Assembly: GCA_963771175.1 (NCBI GenBank)
Contig: CAVYSY010000052.1
Span: 64,001-128,000 of the forward strand
Length of the DNA stretch: 64,000 bases
Reading direction: 5' to 3'
Source: an uncultured delta proteobacterium
GTDB taxonomy: Bacteria > Myxococcota > Myxococcia > Myxococcales > Myxococcaceae
Shown piece after piece: positions 20,741 to 31,293 of the stretch. The first letter of the stretch is position 1. Each line of letters begins with the position of its first letter. The position numbers and the translations under genes were made by a program. The notes beneath the pieces were generated by a model. The model was not told the origin of the DNA, did no database searches, and saw only the letters and a program-made list of their open reading frames with translations.

Positions 20741-21392
20741 TCACCCGGCGGCTGGACGCGGAGGCGGATACACATCACCCGGACCCGCGGTGCTCAGGAA
20801 GCGGAGCGCCCGCTCGAAGGTGCCGAACGAGGGCACGTTGGCCGCTCGCAGGGTGGGCAGGTCGAGCATCTGGGTCATCGGGAGTTGATCGAGCGTGGGC
20901 TTGTAGGCCTTGCCTCCCGCGAAGTGCTTGGAGAGCCACTCCTTCACGCCCCGGATGGACTCCACGTTCCCATTGAACGCGGTGCCCGCTTCAAGTCCCG
21001 GGCGTTCGATGGGACCGGAAACGAGCGGCTTGCCTGCCATCTGGTGGACGCAAGGTAGAAACCACGTCTCGAACTCCCGGTGGGGCAGGACCACGGCGAC
21101 CGGAAAGGGCAGTTGCAGTTCCTTCACCCATGCAGCCGTCTCCGGACCGCGCGCCTTGGGGCAGAGGTCGTCCTCGTCCCGGAGCAGCAAGGCCCGCTCA
21201 CACTGGGACTTGGAGCGGAGGAGCTGCACAAGCCTTCATCACCCCCAGACGGGTGTGGAGACCCACGCCACGGATGGGATGAGCGTCCCAATGGACATGC
21301 GGCAATCCCAGATCCGCCCAGACCCGATGCACCAGCTTGAGCGCGGCCTGCCCGTCCCCATGTCCCTCGACGATGAGGTAGCCCTTGCCCAT
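20741..21392 (-). CDS. DUF4276-like TOPRIM-fold protein (frameshift near 21225)
   Basis: LIVEGHGD N-terminus, LLLRDEDD (DxD), REFETWFL, YKPTLDQ, SF..F; directly follows the ATPase. Confidence 0.7.
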
Positions 21393-21393
21393 G

Positions 21394-22515
21394 TCAGCTC
21401 TCCGCCGGCCGGAGACCTTCGGCACGCATCAGCTCGCCAGGAGTCAGCAGGGAACTCTTCACCGCCTCCCGCTGCTCCTCCTCGAGCGGAGCGATCCGGG
21501 TGACCCCGTCCCTACGCTCCACGACTCGAACCTCCTCCACATCGAGCAGATCGAGCAACTCGGGGCTGTGCGTCGTGAGCAGGACCTGACCCGTGCGGGC
21601 GGTCTGGCGGAAGAAGTCGTAGAGCACCGGAATGGCCCCTGGATGAATGGTGAGCTCAGGCTCCTCGATGCCCACCAGCGTCAACGGGGGCGACTGAAGG
21701 AGCGCCGTGAGAATGCCCGCGCATCTCAAAGTACCATCGGACTCCTGGGAGGCATCGAACCAGCGCTCCCGGTTCCCCATCTTCCCGTGACGGAAGGAGA
21801 CCGCCAGATAACCCGCGAGCTGGGACACCTTGACATCATCAATGTCCCCCACGATGCGAGAAAGCGCGGCAAGCAGGTCCGGCATCCCTGTCGAGGCATC
21901 CATCGCCTTGAGAATGGACGCCCAGTTCTCGCCGTGCTCCAACATCGGCCGCGCTGGATTGGGCTTCTGCGGCTCACGCAGCTTGTCAGGAAAGATTTGA
22001 TACAGAGCGACGTTCTTCAGCTCGGTTGCGAGTTCGTGAAACCGTGAGTCGCCAGCAATGAGCGGAAGCGCCAGCGCCGTGCGTTCGAGTGCAGGGTCGA
22101 GTGACTCGGGACGCCGTAGCCACTGTCCCCCCACCACCTCGAAACGGTATTCGACCCCCGGCTTGTCCACGGGGGACCAGAGAGCAGCCTCTCCCTTGAC
22201 GTAGTACGCGCCGCCGGACTCCTGGGCCAACTGGAAGCCCCAAAGCCCAGAGCCCCGCGCATTCTCGATCGTGACAACCAGGCCAAGGTCAAAGGGCCTG
22301 CCACTGCTCCATCGGATGAGCGAACCGATTCCATTGCGCCGGGAGACCGCCGCATCGAGCCCTTCGCGAAGGCATTCCGAGAGGAAGCGGAGAGCATCGC
22401 CCACGTTGCTCTTTCCCGAGCCATTGATTCCCACCAGCGCGGTAAGTGGCCCCAAGTTGATTGAGACGTCCTGCCCCAAGCTCCGGAAATTGTTGACGAC
22501 GAGCCGCGTAATCAC
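21394..22515 (-). CDS. ABC-type (AAA_15/AAA_21-like) ATPase
   Basis: VNNFRSL, GINGSGKSN Walker A, ESDGTLR signature, GIEEPE Walker B, LTTHSP H-loop. Confidence 0.88.
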   Translation of the reverse strand: MITRLVVNNFRSLGQDVSINLGPLTALVGINGSGKSNVGDALRFLSECLREGLDAAVSRRNGIGSLIRWSSGRPFDLGLVVTIENARGSGLWGFQLAQESGGAYYVKGEAALWSPVDKPGVEYRFEVVGGQWLRRPESLDPALERTALALPLIAGDSRFHELATELKNVALYQIFPDKLREPQKPNPARPMLEHGENWASILKAMDASTGMPDLLAALSRIVGDIDDVKVSQLAGYLAVSFRHGKMGNRERWFDASQESDGTLRCAGILTALLQSPPLTLVGIEEPELTIHPGAIPVLYDFFRQTARTGQVLLTTHSPELLDLLDVEEVRVVERRDGVTRIAPLEEEQREAVKSSLLTPGELMRAEGLRPAES

Positions 22516-22846
22516 CCGATGCCTCGCATGCCTCCCTCTCGATACGAGCCGGGAGAGGTCAATATGCCTCAGCAGGAGCGTCCTCGGAGGAACTCCGCAC
22601 ATGAGGAAGTCGCAGGGTGGGCATGAGGACGGGCCCCTCGCAACCCTGGGCGACCCCTGCCCCGGCGCCCCCACGCCCCGCAAGTCGGGGAACCCCTCCC
22701 CCGCTCGCCGGGACTCCAGGGGAACGGGGCGCAGGGGCCGCGCGAGTCGCCCGCTCGGAGCGCCTGGGTCGCAGCGGATGACACCGCGCTCCCCAGGCAA
22801 CACCGTTGGAACGAAGACTGCTAAACGGCGCGGGCTGGGAGGGTGC

Positions 22847-24737
22847 ATGCACGAGCAGGACTGGCAGCGGCGGTACGCGGACAAGGTGACGACGGCGGAG
22901 GAGGCCATCCGCCTCATTCCCCCGGGGCGGCGCATCCTCATCGGCTCGGGAGCGGCCGAGCCCGTGGCCCTGGTGAAGGCCATGGTGGAGCGGGGCGAGC
23001 ACCTGGCCGACAACGAGGTGGTCCACCTGCTGACGCTGGGCCCGGCCCCCTACGTGGAGCCCGAGTACCAGCACCGCTTCCGCCACACCGCCTTCTTCAT
23101 CGGCGCCAACACGCGCAAGGCGGTGCAGGAGGGCCGGGCGGACTTCATGCCCGTGTTCCTCTCGGAGATTCCCGAGCTCATCCGCAGCCACCGCGTCCGG
23201 GTGGACGTGGCCCTGCTCCAGGTGAGCCCGCCGGACGCGCACGGGTACGTGAGCCTGGGGGTGTCCGTGGACATCGTCCGCTCGGCGGTGGAGTCGGCCA
23301 CGCTGCTGCTCGCCGAGGTCAACCCGCACATGCCGCGCACGCACGGGGACTCGTTCCTCCACGTGAGCCGCGTGCACCGGCTGGTGCCGGTGGACCAGCC
23401 GCTCCTGGAGCGCCCCCACGAGGAGCAGGACCCCGTCTCCGAGCAGATTGGCGGCCACATCGCCCGGCTGATTCCCGACGGGGCCACGCTGCAACTGGGC
23501 ATCGGGAAGATTCCGGACGCGGTGCTGGCCCAGCTCACGGGCCACAAGGACCTCGGGCTGCACACGGAGATGATGTCCGACGGGGTGATGGACCTGGTGG
23601 AGGCGGGCGTCATCACCGGGCGCCGCAAGACGCTGCTGCCGGGCAAGCTGGTGACGTCCTTCATCATGGGCACCCGGAAGCTGTACGACGTGGGTCCACG
23701 ACAACCCCGCCATCGACATGCGGCCGAGCGACTTCACCAACGACCCGGGCGTGGTGGCGCAGAACGAGCGGATGGTGGCCATCAACGGGGCGCTGGCGGT
23801 GGACCTCACCGGGCAGGTGGCGGCGGACACGCTGGGCGGGTGCTTCTTCTCGGGCATCGGCGGACAGGTGGACTTCATCCGCGGCGCGGCGAGGAGCCGG
23901 GGCGGCCGGCCCATCATCGCCCTGCCCTCGACGGCCAAGGGCGGCAAGGTGAGCCGGATTCAAGTGGTGCTGGAGCCGGGCACGGGCGTGGTGACGAGCC
24001 GCGGCGACGTGCACTACGTGGTGACGGAGTACGGGGTGGCGGACCTGTGGGGGAAGAACATCCGCGAGCGCGCCAAGGCGCTCATCCACATCGCCCACCC
24101 GGACTTCCGCGCCGAGCTGATGGCGGCGGCGAAGGAGCGGCACTACGTGCTGCCGGACCAGGTGGTGCCTCGGGCGCGCTACCCGTGGACGGAGGAGCGG
24201 GTGGAGCGCATCCTCTCGGGACAGGAGCTGCTCATCCGCCCCGCGCGCATCACCGACGAGCGGGCGCTGCAGGACCTGCTGTACGGACTGAGCGACGACA
24301 GCACCTGGCGGCGCTTCCTGTGCTTCAAGCGGCGGCACCCGCACGAGGAGGTGCAGGAGCTCGTCAACCTGGACTACGAGCAGAACATGGCGCTGGTGGC
24401 GTGCGTGCCGGGCACGGACGACATGGTGGGCGTGGTGCGCTACGACGTGGAGCCCTCGACGCGGCTGGCGGACGTGGCCTTCGTGGTGCGCGACGACTGG
24501 CAGGGCAAGGGCGTGGGCACGGCGCTGATGAAGCGCATCCGCGAGGCCGCCCAGGCCCGCGGGCTGCCGGGCTTCCAGGCCGACGTGCTGGTGACGAACA
24601 AGCCCATGATGGACGTCTTCGCCGAGAGCGGCCTCACCATGCAGGCGCGCCTGGAGGGCGACACCTACCACCTGGAGCTGCTCTTCCCCCAGGGCGCGTC
24701 GGACCAGCGTCCTGACACGTCAAGACCCGCTCCTTGA
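22847..24737 (+). CDS. Acetyl-CoA hydrolase/transferase fused to a C-terminal GNAT domain (frameshift near 23693)
   Basis: TLQLGIGKIPD, GLHTEM, SGIGGQVDF, VVTEYG; C-terminal VRDDWQGKGVG acetyl-CoA motif. Confidence 0.88.
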
Positions 24738-24815
24738 CGCGTCAGCACGCGCTCCCCCGAGATTCCCCGACCGGCAACTCCTTGATTTCATTCTGAATGC
24801 TCCTCGGGACGCCCG

Positions 24816-24831
24816 TGGTGCGGTGCGTGCA
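24816..24831 (+). promoter_or_regulatory. Putative sigma54 promoter
   Basis: TGGTGCGGTGCGTGCA = GG-N10-GC, 40 bp upstream of ATG 24871. Confidence 0.5.
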
Positions 24832-24870
24832 ATCGCACTCCGCGCACCCCACCAGGGTCCAGGAGCAATC

Positions 24871-27800
24871 ATGAATTCAACACCCCTTCCCACCCCGCGC
24901 CGCCGCACGGCCGCGCGCCGCGTGATGTCCGCGTCCCTTTCCACGGCACTCGCCGTGCTGCTCTCCGTCACCTCGGGCTGCACCCGCGGCGACCTCCCCG
25001 AGGCGTCCGCCCAGCCCACACCCGAGGACACCGCCCAGAGCGGGCAGGCGCTCTTCACCAACGGCAGCTTCGAGGAGGGCTCGCTCAACGGCTGGAGCCG
25101 TCTCCACCCACCTCAATCCCGGCATCACCGTCCCCGCCGGCGAGCAAGGCGGACCTCAACCTCCAGAGCGGAGGCACCGCGCTCACCTTCGCCCGGAACG
25201 CGGCCGGAGGCCCGGAGAGCGAGATTCCCGCCGGCCTGAACTCCACCGCGTCGCTGCGCTGGCCCCGCTACGGCCAGTGGGCCGCGGTGGTGAACGAGTT
25301 CGGCAAGAACAAGAACGTCAACCGCCTGGTGCAGTCGGCCACGCTCACCCCGGCCGACGTGGACCCGGCCGACGGCAAGGTGCACGTCCGGTTCGCGCTC
25401 GCCCCGGTGCTCGAGAACCCGGGCCACACCGCCAACCAGCAGCCCTACATCTACATCACCCTGCGCAACGTGACGCGCGACGAGGTGCTCTGGTCCACCT
25501 TCAACTTCGCCAACCAGCCCGGCGTCCCCTGGAAGACCCTCGGCGGCATCCAGTACACCGACTGGCAGTCCATCGACGTGGCGCCCGGTGACGCGCGGCT
25601 CGCCGCCGGAGACACCGTGGAGCTCGAGGTCATCGCCGCCGGCTGCTCGCCGGGCGCCCACTGGGGCCACGTGTACGTGGACGGCTTCGGCGCGTTCCTC
25701 CCCGGCCTGTCCATCGCCGCCAGCGCGCCCCGCTCGGCCAACGCGGACTCGGACCTGACGTACACCTACCTCGTGAAGAACTCGGGCGAGAGCGCGGTGG
25801 GCTCCACCACCGTCACCCTCGTCCTGCCGGACCAGACGACGTTCGTCTCGCTCGACACGCCGCCGGGCGTGAGCTGCACCCACGACGGCCCCTCCCGCAC
25901 GGTGACGTGCGACCTGGGCACGATGAACCCCACCGCCAGCACCAGCTTCGGGGTGAAGGTGCACATCGACCCCGCGGCCACCGGCAAGGTGTCCCACGGC
26001 AACTACACCGTCAGCGGCCAGGGCGTGTCCCCGCTCATCGGGCCCCTGGTGGAGACGGCCCTCACCTCGGGCGCCACCTACGCCGACCTCTCCGCCTCCC
26101 TCACCGACGGTGTCGTGGCCGTGGGTTGGGACAAGCCCGTCCGCTACACCCTCACCGTCTCCAACAAGGGCCCCAGCGCCGTCACCGGCGCCACCCTCGA
26201 CGACGACTTCCCCGCCGAGCTCACCGGCATCTCCTGGACGTGCACGGCCTCGGGGGGCGCCACCTGCCCGGCCGACTCGGGCACCGGCAACCTCCACACC
26301 CCCGTGGACCTGCCCGTGGGCGGCAAGGTGACGTACACCGTGGACGCCCGGGTGGTCCCCGGCTCCGGCTCCGGCTCGCTCGTCCATCGCGCCTCCGTCA
26401 CCACGCCCTCGGGCATCCAGGACCCGGACGACACCAACAACGTGGCCGTGGACATCGACGGCATCGGCACCCTGCACACCCTCACGGTGGAGAAGGACCC
26501 CGCGGGCCAGGGCAGCGGCACCGTCGTCAGCAGCCCCGCCGCCCTCCAGTGTGACCCGGCCTGCGCCACGCGGAGCGCCGACTTCCTCGAGGGCTCCCTG
26601 GTGAGCCTCACCGCCACCGCGGCCCCCGGCAGCACCTTCGCCGGCTGGAGCGGCGGCTGCACCGGCACCGCCAACCCCTGCACCCTCACCGCCAGCGCGG
26701 CGGCCACCGTCACCGCCCGCTTCGACATCTCCACGTACGCCGTCACCTCCACCAGCGGCCCGGGGGGCACCGTCTCCTGCCCCTCCCCCGTCGCGCACGG
26801 CCAGTCCGTCACCTGCACCATCACCCCGACGCCGGGCTACGCGCTGGCCGCGCTCACGGACAACGGCGTGGAGGTCCTCGCCTCCGTCTCCGAGAACGGG
26901 ACGTACACCCTGACGAACGTCACCCAGGCCCACGACCTGGAGGCCGCCTTCTCGAAGCGTCCGGGCACGGACTGGGGCGGCGCGTGCACCACCGACAGCG
27001 AGTGCTCCACCGGCTTCTGCGCCGACGGCGTGTGCTGCGACACCGCCTGCGACGGCCAGTGCGAGGCCTGCAACGCGGCCGGCTCCCTCGGCACGTGCGG
27101 CGCCGTGACGGGCTCGCCCCGCGGCGACCGCCCGGCCTGCGGCTCCGACGGCAGCGAGTGCGGCGGCATCTGCGACGGCACCAGCCGCGCCACCTGCTCC
27201 TACCCCGGTGAGAGCGTCCAGTGCGGCACGGCGAGCTGCTCCGAGGGAGTCTCCATCTCGGGCGGCACCTGCAACGGCGCCGGCACCTGCGCCCAGCAGA
27301 ACCAGAGCTGCGGCGACTACGTCTGCGGCGAGGTGGCCTGCCTCTCCGCCTGCACCTCGGACGACCAGTGCGCGGAGAACGCCTTCTGCCTGTCCGGCCA
27401 GTGCAAGCCGAAGGGGGACCACTCGAAGTGGCTCGTGCAGGGCAGCGGCTGCTCCAGCACGGGGGGCACCGGCGCCTGGTGGCCGCTGCTGCTGGGCGCG
27501 CTCGGCCTGCTCCCGCGCCGCCGCCGGGGCACGGGCGTGACGCTCGCCGCCGCGGCGGTGCTCGCCGTGCCGGTGGCCGCCCGGGCCCAGGACGACCTCA
27601 GCCGCTCCTTCCTCGTGGAGCGCTTCCAGCCGCAGCCCGGCAGGGAGGACGTGCTCGGCGTGCAGTCGGCGCACGTCGGTGAGCACCTCTCCTTCCATGC
27701 CCGCCTCTTCGGCGACTACGCCAACCAGCCGCTGCGCCTCATCTCCAGCGAGGATCCGCGCTTCCAGCGCCTGCTGGTGGGCGGCCAGTCGTACCTCACG

Positions 27801-29158
27801 CTCGCCGGCTCCGTGTCGCTGTGGGACCGGTTCGAGGTCGGCGCGGCCATTCCCATGATGGTCTACCAGAGCACGAGCCCCGCCGGCATGGCGGACGCCC
27901 GGCTCCAGGGAGGACTCCCCACGGCGGCGCTCTCGGACCTGCGCCTCTCCCTGAAGACGGTGCTGGTGGAGTCCGGGGACCTCGGGCTCGCGCTGTCGCT
28001 GCCCGTCTCCCTGCCCACGGCCCCGGAGGACTCCTACGTGGGCGGCGGGAGCCTCACCTTCAACCCCACCCTCGTCGGCGAGTGGCGCGGGCCCCGCGGC
28101 TCGGCCGTCCTGGCCAACGCCGGCTTCTTCTTCGGGCGCCCCCAGCGCTTCCTCAACCTGGACCTCGGCACGTCGGTGACGTACGGCCTCGGCGGCAAGG
28201 TGGACCTGGTGCCCCGCTGGAAGCTCGCCCTGCTGTCCACCCTGTCCGGTGAGGTGGGGCTCGGCAGCCCCTCCGTCCCGACGAGCCCGCTGGAGCTGCT
28301 GCTCGCCCTGCGCTGGGGCTTCTACAAGAACCTGGAGATGACCCTGGGCGGCGGCCCCGGCCTCACCAACGGCTTCGGCACGCCTCGCTACCGGCTCCTC
28401 GCGGCCCTCAGCTTCGTGCCCACCGGCGCCCCGCCGCGCCCGGCGCCCGCTCCGCGCCCGTCATCGCCGCCCCGCCCCCGCCGCCTCCGCCTCCCGCGCT
28501 CGTGGCGCACGATGACGAGGGCCAGGTGCTCGCGGGCCAGTCCATCACCCTCGACCTCCTGAAGAACGACGAGGGCCAGCCCGGCGAGTCGCTGCGCGTG
28601 GCCGAGGTGGGGGTGACCTCCAGTGGCGGCATCGTGGAGACCACGCCCGAGGGCGCGCTGCGCTACACCGCGAAGGAGGGCTTCTCCGGCCGCGACACCT
28701 TCACCTACCGCGTCACGGGCGGCCCCGAGCGCTCGGCCACGGCCAACGTCGTGGTGCGGGTCGACGCGCCGCCTCCGCCTCCGCCCGCTCCGTCGAAGGT
28801 GGTGGTGGAGAAGGGCAAGCTGCGCACGCTGGAGAAGGTGTTCTTCGCCACCGCCAAGGACAACGCGCTGCCCGAGTCCCTGCCCATCCTCGACCAGGTG
28901 GCCACCGTGCTGGAGGGCAACCCGGACATCCAGAAGCTGCGGATTGAAGCCCACACCGACGGGGCCGGCAAACCCAGCTACAACAAGGACCTGTCTCAGC
29001 GCCGCGCGAAGTGGGTGCGCGAGTACCTCGTCCAGAAGGGCATCGCCGCGCAGCGACTGGACTCGGAGGGCTTCGGCATGGAGAAGCCCATCGACACCAA
29101 CGACACCGCCGAGGGCCGCGCCAACAACCGGCGCGTGGAGTTCGTGGTCGTCGAGTAG
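24871..29158 (+). CDS. Large surface protein: lipobox, DUF11/Ig-like repeats, Cys-rich region, internal MYXO-CTERM-like motif, beta-barrel-like region, Ig-like domain, OmpA C-domain (frameshifts near 25100-25140 and 28460)
   Basis: VTSGC; ADLS..TDG...YTLTVSNKGPS; CSTGFCADGVCCDTAC; GSGCSSTGG...LLPRRRR; IEAHTD...LSQRRA...GRANNRRVEF. Confidence 0.8.
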
Positions 29159-29195
29159 GAACGCGCCCTGGCGCTCCCGTGGAAGACTGCGCGCC

Positions 29196-29860
29196 ATGCG
29201 CGCACGGCTTCGCTCCTCGCTCGCTCCCGGCTCACGGAGCGGGCGGGAGCATCGACTTCCAGGGGGCGCCCGGTGGCGGGCGGTGGCGATGGGGCTCGCG
29301 GTGCTGCTGGTGCAGGGATGCGCCACCGTGCGGCACCAGGGCGACAACGGCGACTCCCCGCCGGGCCTCGCTGCCTTTCCGGCGGAGGCCACCCTCGTCT
29401 CCACCCACTGGAGCACCTCTCCCTCCGAGGACACCCGAGGAGGCCAGGCCGTGCCCCCGGGCTGGCCCGACTTCTCCTCTGGAGACGAGGAGGAGCTATT
29501 GGCGCCCTTCCTCGCCTGCGCCTCGCCCGCCGAATTCGTCGCGTTGCAGCAGCGCGTGGACATGCCCCGGCTGGTGGAGGCGTTGGACGACTGGGGCGCG
29601 GTGCGGCTGGGCGCCCTGGGGCCCGTGCGCGAGGACGCCGCCCACCTGCTGCAACGCAAGCGCGCGGCCTTCCTCGTGAGCGCCACCGAGCGCTACGGCC
29701 CCTTCCACGCCGAGGTGTTCGCACTCTTCGTGCTGCACTCGGCCCACGACGACGAAGTGGACGCGGTGCTGCGGCTACGCCCAAGAAGGCCAAGGACTTG
29801 GAGTCAGCCGTGCGAGAAGCAGAGCACAAGGTTCCGCGAGTGGAGGTTTCGTTCCAATGA
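29196..29860 (+). pseudogene. Internally deleted lipoprotein (polymorphic-toxin-like) gene remnant
   Basis: Lipobox LLVQGC and gene-like frame to about 29775, then an abrupt switch to a short different-frame tail (PKKAKDLESAVREAEHKVPRVEVSFQ*) whose stop overlaps the next ATG. Confidence 0.55.
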
Positions 29861-31197
29861 AGGTGCTGGAGTTTCACGGAGTGAAGGACGAGGACTACCT
29901 TTGGCTCACCTTCGAAGGCGCCTTCGACCCGCGGACAGCACTGAAGGACGAACTGGAGCCCTTCATCCAGGCGCTCGAGGAGTACGCCGGCGAGTGGATG
30001 CCGGACATCGCTGAAGGCAAGCGGCGACGCAAATACTCCCGCTCCGCCATCTGGAAGGCCCTGGAGGAGGAGCGCGACGAAAACAGCACATCCATCGTGC
30101 TCCGTCGCACGAAATGGCCCGCGTTGTATCTATGGCCCAGGCTCGATTTTCCGCCGCTCCCTCCCGAATTGCGCATCACACTCAAGGTGCGGCCCTTGTC
30201 CTTCTTTTCGGAGGTGGAACGCTGTCGCCAATTCGTGGAGCTGGTGCGCGCCTGGGCCTCTCGCTACCCGGTCTCCCATGCCGTGGCCCACAGCAGTGAT
30301 GACTCGGAGTTGGCGGGCTTTCCCAGCTTCGGCCGCGATAAAGAGACCTGGTACAGGGACGGGTTCGACAAGGTCTACGAGGTGTGCTGGCTCAACGTCT
30401 TCGGCCCGAAGCTGGTGGAGACCGTTGGCCGCGAGCGCATGCTGTCCACGCCGGCCTGGCGGGTGGAGGAACTCCCCAACGGCTGCGTCCTCCTTGTGAC
30501 ATGGCCCACCGCCGCGGACTTCGCCAGCGAGGAGGCGCGTGAGGCCCAGGCCCGTGCCCACTGCCACCTCCGGCCGGACCTGGACTTCTCCACCGTGCTG
30601 CGCACCCTGCGCGAGCGCAGCGCCACCCTCGCTCCCGTGGAGCCCCGCTTTCACCCGGACCTGGCGCCGCTCCTCTCGCGCGTGGTGGACCGTGTCGCCA
30701 GCCACAAGCGCCAGCGCAGGATTGCCGAGCTCAACGCCTGGCAGCCGCCCGAGCCCGAGGAGTGGCTCCCCGCTGACGCCGCGCTGCCTTCCGACGTGGA
30801 GGACCCGGAGCGGGCCCTCGAGCACTACAGCTACCTCGCCGAGCTCCTCGTGGCCCTGCTGCACACCGAGGTGCCCTCCATCTTCGAGGAGACGCCCGAG
30901 TCCCTCACGGATGTCGACTTCTACTTCTGGCGCGAGGAGTTCCCCACCAGTCGCCTGCGGGAGAACATCGACGCTCGTGCCGTGCCCGCCATTGGCGCCT
31001 ACCTGGGCGAGGTGCTGGTGCGCAACCTCGGAGGCCGGTGGATACCGCGCCAGAAGCTCGAGGAGGCCCAGGTGCTCGTGGGCAACCGTGTCTGGTTCCC
31101 CTTTGCCCGGGCCCGCCACTACATGCGCTCGCGCCAGGCGCTCCTGGACTCCTCCCTCACCCGGCTCTACCGCGTGGCCGAGCGGCACCGCGCCTGA
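29857..31197 (+). CDS. Hypothetical protein, probable immunity protein
   Basis: 446-aa intact ORF; VCWLNVFGP..VETVGRERMLSTPA..VEELPNG.VLLV motif of immunity-like proteins; lower-GC 5' part; coupled to upstream remnant. Confidence 0.65.
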   Translation: MKVLEFHGVKDEDYLWLTFEGAFDPRTALKDELEPFIQALEEYAGEWMPDIAEGKRRRKYSRSAIWKALEEERDENSTSIVLRRTKWPALYLWPRLDFPPLPPELRITLKVRPLSFFSEVERCRQFVELVRAWASRYPVSHAVAHSSDDSELAGFPSFGRDKETWYRDGFDKVYEVCWLNVFGPKLVETVGRERMLSTPAWRVEELPNGCVLLVTWPTAADFASEEAREAQARAHCHLRPDLDFSTVLRTLRERSATLAPVEPRFHPDLAPLLSRVVDRVASHKRQRRIAELNAWQPPEPEEWLPADAALPSDVEDPERALEHYSYLAELLVALLHTEVPSIFEETPESLTDVDFYFWREEFPTSRLRENIDARAVPAIGAYLGEVLVRNLGGRWIPRQKLEEAQVLVGNRVWFPFARARHYMRSRQALLDSSLTRLYRVAERHRA

Positions 31198-31293
31198 AGA
31201 GGAGGCGGACAGCGAGGAGAGGACCGGCGCGAGGTGCGCCTGGGCGCCCAACCGGGCTGAGACGGACTCCGGCTCCCCCGGTATGCTCGCCCC

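Noticed and set aside
26980..27420. Cys-rich stretch as a RiPP precursor or multiheme cytochrome
   Set aside because: No CxxCH motifs or modifying enzymes; it is an internal disulfide-rich region of the large surface protein
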